Source of the DNA: Chthonomonadales bacterium
GTDB lineage: Bacteria; Armatimonadota; Chthonomonadetes; Chthonomonadales; CAJBBX01
Direction of reading: 5' to 3'
NCBI GenBank assembly: GCA_037443035.1
Contig: JBBIPC010000009.1
Location: forward strand, 1-64,000
DNA: 64,000 nt
Shown: positions 1 through 8,383 of the stretch, one piece after another
Layout: every line of letters starts with the position of its first letter
Numbering within the stretch: the first letter of the stretch is position 1
Made by a program: the position numbers and the translations under genes
Notes under the pieces: generated by a model
What the model was told of the DNA's origin: nothing
Seen by the model: the letters and a program-made list of their open reading frames with translations, nothing else
The model's database searches: none

Positions 1-3
1 TAG

Positions 4-178
4 CCCTCTCCCCGCGAGCGGGGAGAGGGAACCTAGAGGCCAGGACGTCGGCGCGGATGAACACCCTCTCCCCGCAAGCGGGGAGAGGGAACTAGGGGCA
101 CGCGGCATCTGCCCCATCACCCTCCCCGCTTGCGGGGAGGGTTGGGGAGGGGGCGATCCGCAAGAGACCGCCCCCTCC
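4..178. repeat. Cluster of REP/RIME-like GC-rich palindromes
   Basis: CCCTCTCCCCGC-NN-GCGGGGAGAGGG occurs at 4-29 and 64-89 (60 bp apart). A related inverted copy ACCCTCCCCGC-TT-GCGGGGAGGGT is at 119-142. A further hairpin GGAGGGGGCG...CGCCCCCTCC spans 146-178. Confidence 0.85.
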
Positions 179-182
179 GCCC

Positions 183-2201
183 TCAGTAGATCGTCAGCGT
201 TCCTTCACCATACCCTGCGTCCACCCACGCGTCGCCGGCGAACTCGCACCGGACGGTGTGCGTGCCGATGCTGAGGCCAGTGGTGTTGAATAGATAGCGC
301 GCAACACCGCCTTCGTTATTGTACGACCATCCCGTCGTAACGTCGGCTATCCAGGTACCATCCACGCTGACCGACAGCGTCTTGCCTTCCTGCTTCTGGT
401 AGTCGTACAATCGGCGGAAGTAGGCGTACAGCTTCACCGTGCCACCTGCCGGACACGACTTGGGCGCTACCCAGATGTACGGCACGGCTTTCAGTACGGT
501 CAGGGTCGCAGTCTTGTCTACTGGTAGGTAGCCGCCGTTTCCCGGCCAGACCGACAAGATCGGGCGTGTCCCGGCCCCGGTACCATCAGGCACGTCGTAG
601 TAAGGATACTTGGCATAGCCCTGAGTATCCGTGGTTCTGCTGATGACATACGTTCCGTCAACATAGAAGTGAATCGTCTTGCCGTACAGCGGCGTGTTGT
701 CCGATCGCAGGAGCCGGCACTTCAGTTCCGTCCGCCCGGTGATGCGCTGCGTCCGATCGAACGCCGCCATCTTCGTGCTCCAGGTCTGGCAGGTGAGCGT
801 ACCGCTGGCAGTGGACAGCCAGTAATCCCCGTCGCCGGCGAACGTGGCACCGATAACCCGAGACGCAGGCCCGTCCGTGATGACCCAGTTCAGCTGGGCT
901 CGGCCGTTACTGTCTGTAACGGCACTGCCTACGCCGGTGCCATCCACCGCGAAGGCGATCGTCTTCCCCGGAAGCCAAGCATTGTCCAGTGTCCGCTTGA
1001 GGTACCCACGCAGCGTGACGGTCTCCGTGATCGTTCCCGTCCGATCCGGAACGTAGAGCGATGTCGTTAGCTGCTCGAGCGCGAAGCTCTGACTACCGCC
1101 ACGAGATCCTGCTATGTCGGTGGCGTGGCTCAGCCCAAGAGTCTGCACCGGGACGCTGCTCTGGCTACCCGCGTCCGGATTGCCCAGTTGGCCCGAGTAG
1201 TTGGCTCCCCACGCCCAGACGGTCCCATCCGACTTGAGGGCGAGGCTATGCAAGTAGCTTCCCGCGACCTTGGTGACGCCGGTGAGGCCCGAGACCTGAA
1301 CGGGGGTTGCCCGCATGGTGGTCGTACCATCCCCGAGCTGGTTGTATAGGTTATCGCCCCAGGCCCACGCGGTTCCGTCCGATCGCACGGCCAAGCTGTG
1401 GTACTCGCCAGCCGAGATCGCAATCACATCGGACAGACCGATGACCTGATCTGGCAGGTTCATTTCTTTTATTGTACGGTCTCCGTTGTGGACCGTACGG
1501 GTCTTGCCTCATGCCTAGACTGTGCCTTTGGACGTGAGGAAGAGACTGTGCTCATAGCCACCTGCCACGGCGATGACGTTGGTCAGGCCCGAGACCTGAA
1601 CTGGAGTCGTGGCGGAATAGTCGTTCGTGCCGTTGCCAAGCTCACCTGCCAGCCCTCCACCCCATGCCCACGCTGTACCATCGGCCTTGACTGCGAGGCT
1701 ATGGTTGTACCCGGCGGCGATACCGACCACGTTGGTCAACCCGGCGACCTGAACGGGTGTGCTACTGGTGTTGAACGTACCATCTCCGAGCTGGCCCTGG
1801 CCATTGTTGCCCCAGGCCCAGACGGTACCGTCGCCTTTCAGCGCCAGAACATGGCTGGAGCCGCAGGAAACAGCCACGAAGCCGGACAGACCAGGTACCT
1901 GGGCCGGATAGTTCCGCGCCGTGTAAGTGCCGTCACCCAGTTGGCCATTATAGTTGTAGCCCCACGTCCAGACGGTGCCATCGTCCTTCACGGCCGCACC
2001 GAAGTCGCTGCCCGCCGAGATCGAGACAACACCAGTGAGGTTCGAGACGCGTACCGGCACCATCCGGTTTTCGTAGGTGCCGTCTCCCAACTCGCCATTC
2101 AGGTTGAACCCCCACCCGAAGGGCACGGCTGCTCGGCCGGAACCGGCCGCCGCCCATAGTGCGGCACTCAGTGCACCCAACCGCACTAGCGTACGTCGCA
2201 T
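183..2201 (-). pseudogene. Secreted RCC1-repeat (7-blade) protein with three C-terminal Ig-like domains, interrupted by two in-frame stops (pseudogene or sequence error)
   Basis: ORFs 1515-2201 and 183-1463 are in the same frame. Joined, they give a signal peptide, seven G(T)xWxWG..GQLGDG repeats and three Ig-like repeats. Repeat 5 reads GTV*A*G (TAG 1515-1517, TGA 1509-1511). Confidence 0.8.
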
Positions 2202-2308
2202 GCTTACCTCCTGTCCTGCGCAGGCGTTCGCTCCCTGCGCTCGTTTCTTGCCTTCTTACGTATACCCTTCTGTGCACGCGGGAAGTGCCATCGTGCGACA
2301 CCGCCGTA

Positions 2309-2317
2309 TGCTATACT
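2309..2317 (+). promoter_or_regulatory. Putative extended -10 promoter element upstream of the glmL-like gene
   Basis: TGcTATACT ends 45 nt before ATG 2362. An SD-like GGAG lies at 2343-2346. Confidence 0.5.
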
Positions 2318-2361
2318 TTCGCGGTCCCTACCTTCTTGCACTGGAGTTCTCAGTCTAGATC

Positions 2362-4182
2362 ATGTCCGAAGTGCGCACCATTCTTGCGACGGACTGCGGC
2401 AGTACCACTACCAAGGCCATCCTGATCGAGAAACAAGACGACGAGTACCGCCTCGTCGTTCGGGGCGAAGCTCCCACTACCGTAGAAGCGCCGTTCGACG
2501 ACGTAACCGTGGGCGTGCTGAATGCCGTGAGGGAGGTCGAAGAGCTCACTGGCAAGACACTCATCGGTCCCGACAGTCGCATTCTGACGCCTGCGGCTGA
2601 CGGGAAAACGGGAGCAGACCTGTACCTCTCCACCTCCAGCGCTGGCGGAGGTCTGCAGATGACCGTGGCAGGCGTCGTCAAGGCTATGAGCGCAGAGAGT
2701 GCCCAGCGGGCTGCCTTGGGTGCTGGCGCCATCATCATGGACGTCATCGCTGTGGATGACGGCCGCAAGGATTACCAGAAGGTCGAGCGTATTCGGCAAC
2801 TGCGACCTGACATGATTCTCATGTCCGGCGGCACGGACGGTGGCACGGTCAATCACCTCGTGGAGCTGGCCGAGATGCTAGTGGCCGCGGACCCGAAGCC
2901 GCGGCTGGGCATCGGCATGACACTGCCCGTCATCTATGCTGGCAACAAGGACGCCTATCCTGCAGTGGAAAGCCTGCTCAAGGATCGGGTCGCCCTAAGA
3001 CGAGTGGACAATCTTCGGCCCACGCTCGAGCGGGAGAACCTGCTCCCTGCTCGCGAGGCGATTCATGAGCTGTTCCTCGAACACGTCATGCAGCAGGCTC
3101 CCGGCTACAGCAAGCTCTCCAGTTGGGTCAGCACGGGAATCATGTCCACGCCCAACGCCGTGGGCAAGATTATGCAGACCATCGCAGCTCAGCGGAACAT
3201 AACGGTCCTCGGGGTGGATATCGGGGGTGCTACGACCGACGTCTTCTCGGTCTTCCGTAACCCCCAGGGCGAGAGCGTCTACAACCGCACCGTCTCGGCC
3301 AACCTGGGCATGAGCTATTCCATCTGCAACGTACTGACCGAGGCTGGTATCGCTAACATTCGCCGCTGGCTGCCCTTCGGCATTAGCGAAGAGGAACTCC
3401 GGAATCAGCTCCGCAACAAGATGATCCGCCCAACGACCATTCCCCAGCGGATGGCCGACTTGCATATCGAGCAAGCCGTCGCCAGGGAAGCCCTGCGTCT
3501 GGCGTTCGAGCATCACAAGTCCCTCGCTAGAGGTCTCACGGGCATACAGCAACAGCGCACAATTGGCGACGCCATGACGCAGGAGGCCACAGGCAAGACC
3601 CTGGTGGACCTCATGGCGCTGGACATGATCGTCGGCAGCGGGGGCGTCCTGTCCCATTCGCCACGGCGAGGCCAGGCTGCCATGATGATGATGGATGCGT
3701 ACCAGCCCGAAGGAGTTACCCTTCTGACGGTGGACTCCATCTTCATGATGCCGCAGCTTGGCATTCTCTCGACGGTCCTGCCCGAAGCTGCTACGCAGGT
3801 CTTCGAGCGGGACTGCCTCATCTATCTCGGCACGTGCGTAGCTCCCGTCGGGGTTGGCAAGCCTGGCGAGCCTTGCATCACCGTCCAGACACGTGGAGAG
3901 AGTGTGTCGGTGCCATTCGGAACGATACGCGTCCTACCACTGGGTTTCGTACAAGGCAGCCATTGGGAGCCGGAACGCACGGAGGTCACATTGCAACCTG
4001 CCCGCGGTTTCGATGTCGGCGCCGGTCGGGGTCGCGCACGCACGGTGCGAGCGACCGGCGGTGAAGTAGGGTTGATCATTGACGCCAGAGGAAGGCCCTT
4101 GATCCTGCCAGCGGACGAGGCGACGCGGCTTGCGAAGCTTCGGGAGTGGCTGGAAGCCATGGGTCTGCCCGCCAGTGCGTGA
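2362..4182 (+). CDS. Glutamate mutase L (GlmL/MutL)-like ASKHA-fold ATPase
   Basis: 606 aa with actin/hexokinase-type motifs DCGSTTTK, DIGGATTD and GSGG, plus family motifs SSAGGGL, SGGTDGG and TVSANLGMSYS. Confidence 0.8.
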   Translation: MSEVRTILATDCGSTTTKAILIEKQDDEYRLVVRGEAPTTVEAPFDDVTVGVLNAVREVEELTGKTLIGPDSRILTPAADGKTGADLYLSTSSAGGGLQMTVAGVVKAMSAESAQRAALGAGAIIMDVIAVDDGRKDYQKVERIRQLRPDMILMSGGTDGGTVNHLVELAEMLVAADPKPRLGIGMTLPVIYAGNKDAYPAVESLLKDRVALRRVDNLRPTLERENLLPAREAIHELFLEHVMQQAPGYSKLSSWVSTGIMSTPNAVGKIMQTIAAQRNITVLGVDIGGATTDVFSVFRNPQGESVYNRTVSANLGMSYSICNVLTEAGIANIRRWLPFGISEEELRNQLRNKMIRPTTIPQRMADLHIEQAVAREALRLAFEHHKSLARGLTGIQQQRTIGDAMTQEATGKTLVDLMALDMIVGSGGVLSHSPRRGQAAMMMMDAYQPEGVTLLTVDSIFMMPQLGILSTVLPEAATQVFERDCLIYLGTCVAPVGVGKPGEPCITVQTRGESVSVPFGTIRVLPLGFVQGSHWEPERTEVTLQPARGFDVGAGRGRARTVRATGGEVGLIIDARGRPLILPADEATRLAKLREWLEAMGLPASA

Positions 4183-4215
4183 GTTCGTTCCAGCATGAAA
4201 CTAGGAGGTACAGAC

Positions 4216-5688
4216 ATGCGCCTGCAGAAGCGAGACTGGGAATGCATGGCGTTGGTCGCGGTGCTGACGTTCGCGTCAACTGTGGCACGCGCGGAAGTCA
4301 AGCTGCCGGCCATCTTCGGGAATAACATGGTCCTTCAGAGGAACATGCGCGTGCCGGTGTGGGGAACCGCCCAGCCGGGCGAGAAGATTACGGTCGCCGT
4401 CGGCGCCAGGAAGGTTGTCGTCACCGCAGATTCTCAGGGGAACTGGATGGCCCGCGTCGGCCCCTTCGCTGCCGGCGGCCCCCATACTCTGACCGTAAGC
4501 GCGGAGAGCGGCTCGGTGACCTTCGAGAACGTTATGTTCGGCGAAGTCTGGGTCGCGTCAGGTCAGAGCAACATGGAATGGCCGCTTGCGGCTGTTCGCA
4601 ATGCGGAGTTCGAGGTCGCCAATGCCAAGTACCCTAACATTCGCCTGTTCGTGGTTCAGAAGGCCGTCAGCCCTGAGCCGCTCCGGGACTGCAAGGGATC
4701 GTGGTCGGAGTGCACCCCAGAGTCCGCACGGGGGTTCTCGGCCGTCGCCTATTTCTTTGGCCGATACCTCCATCGGCACCTGCAGATGCCCATCGGGCTG
4801 ATCGAGTCCGCGTGGGGTGGTACGCCTGCCGAGTCCTGGACCTCCCGCAAATGGCTGGAAGGCGATCCAGATCTCACACCCATGCTGGCACGTATTCCGC
4901 CTCCCGGGCAGACAACGAAGCCCAACGACCCGACCAAGCCGGCCTGGGATGCGTGGACCCCAACGGGCCTCTACAACGCCATGATCGCTCCCATCGTCTC
5001 CTATGGAATTGCGGGCGCCATCTGGTATCAGGGAGAGTCCAACGCCGACCGGGCCTACCAATATCGAAAGCTGTTCCCGGCCATGATTCGCTGCTGGCGC
5101 GAGGCATGGGGACAGGGTGATTTCGCGTTCCTCTGGGTGCAACTGGCCAACTTCATGAAGCGGCAGCCCGACCCTGGAGAAAGCGCCTGGGCCGAGCTTC
5201 GCGAAGCGCAGACCATGACGTTGTCGCTGCCGAAGACCGGTCAGGCGGTGATCATTGATATCGGCGAGGCGGACGATATCCATCCACGGAACAAGCAGGA
5301 TGTCGGGACTCGTCTGGCGCTGCAGGCAATGAAGGTGGCTTACGGAGAGAAGAACATCATCGCGTCCGGCCCAACGTTCAAGAGCATGGCTGTCCGAGGT
5401 AACACGGCGATCGTCACTTTCGAGAACGTAGGCGCAGGTCTCAGCACGAGCGACTCGCTACCGGTAGCAGGGTTCGCTGTAGCGGGGGCCGATCGGAAGT
5501 TCCACTGGGCCGATGCCAAGATCAGTGGCAACACGGTTGTTCTGACTTGCCGCGACGTGGAGCATCCCGTGGCGGTGCGGTACGCCTGGGCGGATAACCC
5601 CAAGTGCAACCTGGTGAACTCGGCCGGTTTGCCGGCATGCCCGTTCCGCACGGATAACTGGCCCGGCGTGACGGAGAGTAAGCGCTAG
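4216..5688 (+). CDS. Sialate O-acetylesterase (SASA family), exported
   Basis: SD AGGAGG before ATG 4216; signal peptide; motifs GEVWVASGQSNME, WYQGESN and DIHPRNK. Confidence 0.9.
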   Translation: MRLQKRDWECMALVAVLTFASTVARAEVKLPAIFGNNMVLQRNMRVPVWGTAQPGEKITVAVGARKVVVTADSQGNWMARVGPFAAGGPHTLTVSAESGSVTFENVMFGEVWVASGQSNMEWPLAAVRNAEFEVANAKYPNIRLFVVQKAVSPEPLRDCKGSWSECTPESARGFSAVAYFFGRYLHRHLQMPIGLIESAWGGTPAESWTSRKWLEGDPDLTPMLARIPPPGQTTKPNDPTKPAWDAWTPTGLYNAMIAPIVSYGIAGAIWYQGESNADRAYQYRKLFPAMIRCWREAWGQGDFAFLWVQLANFMKRQPDPGESAWAELREAQTMTLSLPKTGQAVIIDIGEADDIHPRNKQDVGTRLALQAMKVAYGEKNIIASGPTFKSMAVRGNTAIVTFENVGAGLSTSDSLPVAGFAVAGADRKFHWADAKISGNTVVLTCRDVEHPVAVRYAWADNPKCNLVNSAGLPACPFRTDNWPGVTESKR

Positions 5689-5708
5689 ATAGGACAGAGG
5701 GAAACAGC

Positions 5709-6359
5709 TTGGCAGACACGGAGCCGACTCCCCCCCGCAGGCGGGCGACGCTGCGGCTTGGTGCGCGTGAGCGTGCCAGGCTGCAGGTCGCCGTCATCCT
5801 CCTCATCGTCGTGCTTCTTGCCGTCGCGTTGCGGCCACTCCTGGTCCACCTCATTCAAGTGCGAGACTTTCAGGTTTGTCAAACGAACGTCCGCAAGATC
5901 GCCCAGGCGCTGGCCATCTACAGCCAGGAGTGGGACGACACCTACCCGGCTGCGGCGAGCTGGCTCGACTCGGTGCGTGGCCGCCTGACTCCGACGACCG
6001 GCACAGGTTTCAGCGCGGAACACTATCTCGTTTGCCCTCGCGACAAGAAGGGTGGCGAATGCAGCTATGTGTTCAACGAGATGATGGAGGGATTGAGCAT
6101 GAGCGTTCGCCAGACGGATCCGGAGCTGGCTGAGAGGAGACGCCGTCTCCGGCGCCTGGACCGTGCGGTGCTCATCGTGGAGAAACATGGGTCGCCACCC
6201 AATGCCCACGCTCCGTTGGCCGACTGGGATGCCGTGCGGGCGTTCATGGATCTGCCGCATGAGGTTCCCGAGCCAACCGGATCCCTGATTCTGGGCAGTG
6301 GCCGAGCATGGCACCAGAATCGCGAATCGCTCTTGAATCTCGCCGGAAAGAGGTTCTGA
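5709..6359 (+). CDS. DUF1559/prepilin-like membrane-anchored protein
   Basis: A hydrophobic helix is followed by CQTNVRKIAQALAIYSQEWDDTYP, resembling the CxSNLKQIGLAxxMYxxDxDxxxP motif of DUF1559 proteins. Confidence 0.65.
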   Translation: MADTEPTPPRRRATLRLGARERARLQVAVILLIVVLLAVALRPLLVHLIQVRDFQVCQTNVRKIAQALAIYSQEWDDTYPAAASWLDSVRGRLTPTTGTGFSAEHYLVCPRDKKGGECSYVFNEMMEGLSMSVRQTDPELAERRRRLRRLDRAVLIVEKHGSPPNAHAPLADWDAVRAFMDLPHEVPEPTGSLILGSGRAWHQNRESLLNLAGKRF

Positions 6360-6362
6360 CAA

Positions 6363-7505
6363 GTGGGCACTGCCTATACACCGGGGCTGAAGGTCAGTCC
6401 GAGTACCGTCATAGAGAAGACCCGCCGACTACCCCTCAAGGGAACCGTTCTGGTATCCCAGGGCGATCGTGTCAAACCGGACACCGTCGTGGCCAGGACA
6501 GAGCTGCCTGGGGCCATGCAAACGATCAAGCTGGCGGAACAGATGGGTGTCGAGCCGAGTGACCTGAAGGCGGCGCTCCGCGTGTCGGTTGGTGATCGCG
6601 TCGAGAAGGGCATGATGATCGCCCAGACGAAGGGCATCTTCGGCCTATTCAAGAGCGAGTACCGCGCGCCGGTCACGGGCACAGTGGAGATGTTCTCGGA
6701 GCAGACAGGACACCTCGGCATACGACTGCCGCCCACCCCCGTCGAGAAGGATGCCTACATCGAAGGCGTGGTGACCCAGGTTCTACCGGAAGAAGGCGTC
6801 GTTGTCCAGTGCCATGGCGCGCTCGTTCAGGGCATCTTCGGCGTCGGAGGTGAGCGGCAGGGTCGGATCGCTGTTCTAGTCTCGGGGCCAGAGACGGAGC
6901 TGACCGAGGACCTGATTCGTCCCGAGCATGCGGGCGCCATCTTGGTCGGAGGGTCGTCAGTTACACCAGGGGCCCTGCGGAAAGCCGCCCAAGTCGGTGC
7001 CACTGGTATCGTCGTTGGGGGCATTGTTGACCGCCACCTCATCGAATACCTTCGCGAGACAATCGGCGACCCGACCTTCGACATTGGCGTTGCCATCACA
7101 GGGCACGAACCCATCCCCTGGACTCTCGTGGTTACAGAGGGTTTCGGACCTATCCGCATGGCGCGACGAACCTTCGCGCTGCTTCGATCCCTGGACGGCC
7201 GGCCCGCCTCCATCAACGGTGCCACCCAGATTCGCGCTGGCGTCATCCGTCCGGAGGTCATCGCGCCATCCACGTCTGAGATCGTGCCCGAGAGCACAGT
7301 CACCAGCAACCAGTTGGATATCGGCACGCCGATTCGCGTCATCAGGGAGCCGTACTTCGGTGCCCTCGGTACCGTGACGGAGCTCCCACCAGAGCTACAG
7401 CAGATCGAATCGGAGACGCACGTCCGTGTCCTGGTGGCCAAACTGGAAGATGGTCGGACTGTAACGGTTCCAAGAGCCAACGTCGAGATCATCGAAACGA
7501 GCTGA
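6363..7505 (+). CDS. Conserved hypothetical protein with barrel-sandwich-hybrid-like motifs and a C-terminal KOW/SH3-like domain; likely GlmL partner
   Basis: 380 aa; VLVSQGDRV and LRVSVGDRVEKG motifs; conserved-looking QGIFGVGGE, TEGFG and INGATQIRAGVIRPE; C-terminal IGTPIRVIREPYFG...VPRANVEII. Confidence 0.75.
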   Translation: MGTAYTPGLKVSPSTVIEKTRRLPLKGTVLVSQGDRVKPDTVVARTELPGAMQTIKLAEQMGVEPSDLKAALRVSVGDRVEKGMMIAQTKGIFGLFKSEYRAPVTGTVEMFSEQTGHLGIRLPPTPVEKDAYIEGVVTQVLPEEGVVVQCHGALVQGIFGVGGERQGRIAVLVSGPETELTEDLIRPEHAGAILVGGSSVTPGALRKAAQVGATGIVVGGIVDRHLIEYLRETIGDPTFDIGVAITGHEPIPWTLVVTEGFGPIRMARRTFALLRSLDGRPASINGATQIRAGVIRPEVIAPSTSEIVPESTVTSNQLDIGTPIRVIREPYFGALGTVTELPPELQQIESETHVRVLVAKLEDGRTVTVPRANVEIIETS

Positions 7506-7649
7506 CACCATCTGCGGTGGCTCGGAGTTCCACACCCCAGCCGTGGTCGCGGACGCATCGGAGGCGCGTCCATGGCACCATCCTGGATCGTCGGAGCGCC
7601 TATCTGTGAAACTAGGCGCAAAGTGGCAAGCATGCGTGCGAATGTGGGG

Positions 7650-7655
7650 TAGAAT
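7650..7655 (+). promoter_or_regulatory. Putative -10 element for the hox operon
   Basis: TAGAAT in the context TGGGGTAGAATA, the same 12-mer found upstream of gyrB. It implies a leader of about 190 nt. Confidence 0.45.
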
Positions 7656-7855
7656 AGACCTGTAGGCAAGACACCAGGGTCCAGCAAGACAGTGCCCTCC
7701 GTTCAAACGCTATCAAGCAGCACCCCGACGCCGGTACCGACGGCGCCGGAAGGAAGTGTTCGTACTTCGTCCCCATCGGACACGCGTCTCCCAGCCCCGT
7801 CCGGTGTCAGGTCATACCGAGAAGCCTACTTTCGTTTCCGAGGAAGGAGAAATAC

Positions 7856-8383
7856 ATGACTTCCGTTGCCGCGAAAGAGCAGGAGTCTCCCCCATCTGCG
7901 AAACCGCGCACAGGTGGTGGTGGCGACAACCGGATGAAGCTGCTGGAGGCCACGATGAAGCGCCACCAATACCAGGCGGACGCCCTCATCGAGGTGCTTC
8001 ATACCGCTCAGGAGCTGTTCGGCTACCTGGACAATGACTTGCTGCTCTACGTTGCTCACAGTCTCAAGGTGCCCCCGAGCCGGGTCTTCGGGGTAGCCAC
8101 CTTCTATCACTTTTTCTCGCTGAAACCCCAGGGCGAGCACACATGCGTGGTCTGCATGGGTACGGCGTGTTATGTCAAGGGCGCCGCGAACCTCGTATCC
8201 GCCATCGAGAACATGTGCAGCATCAAGGCTGGGGAAACGACCGCCGACGGCAAGTTGACGCTGTTGACCGCTCGGTGTCTCGGAGCATGCGGCATAGCTC
8301 CGGCCGTAGTGCTGGATGGCGAGGTCGTGGGCCATGAGACACCTGAGGCATTGCAGGAACGCGTGAAAGGGTGGCTGGGCTGA
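7856..8383 (+). CDS. hoxE: Bidirectional hydrogenase subunit HoxE (NuoE-like, [2Fe-2S])
   Basis: [30 protein letters not shown] and CLGAC motifs; SD AAGGAG. Confidence 0.93.
   Translation: MTSVAAKEQESPPSAKPRTGGGGDNRMKLLEATMKRHQYQADALIEVLHTAQELFGYLDNDLLLYVAHSLKVPPSRVFGVATFYHFFSLKPQGEHTCVVCMGTACYVKGAANLVSAIENMCSIKAGETTADGKLTLLTARCLGACGIAPAVVLDGEVVGHETPEALQERVKGWLG

Noticed and set aside
4..142. CRISPR array
   Set aside because: Only two direct copies plus an inverted variant are visible, the repeat is a GC-rich perfect palindrome typical of REP elements, and no cas genes are in view. The upstream flank is not visible.
1474..1517. Sec/Pyl recoding of the TGA/TAG with the downstream hairpin as a SECIS-like element
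   Set aside because: Both stops sit at structural Trp positions, neighbouring codons are also corrupted, and TAG and TGA serve as normal stops throughout the window.
1449..1529. Scrambled RCC1 blade as a DGR template or variable repeat
   Set aside because: There is no reverse transcriptase or second copy in the window, and several changes (GGT to CGT, apparent indels) do not fit adenine-specific mutagenesis.
7604..7640. Rex operator (CTGTGAAACTAGGCGCAA) or sigma54 promoter (TGGCA...TGC) upstream of hox
   Set aside because: The right half-site deviates strongly from the Rex palindrome, and the GG-to-GC spacing is 11 nt rather than the required 10.
7664..7700. c-di-GMP-I, NiCo or cobalamin riboswitch in the hox leader
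   Set aside because: Only a loose GGCAAG...GCAAG resemblance is present. The GNRA-capped stem and other conserved cores are not identifiable.
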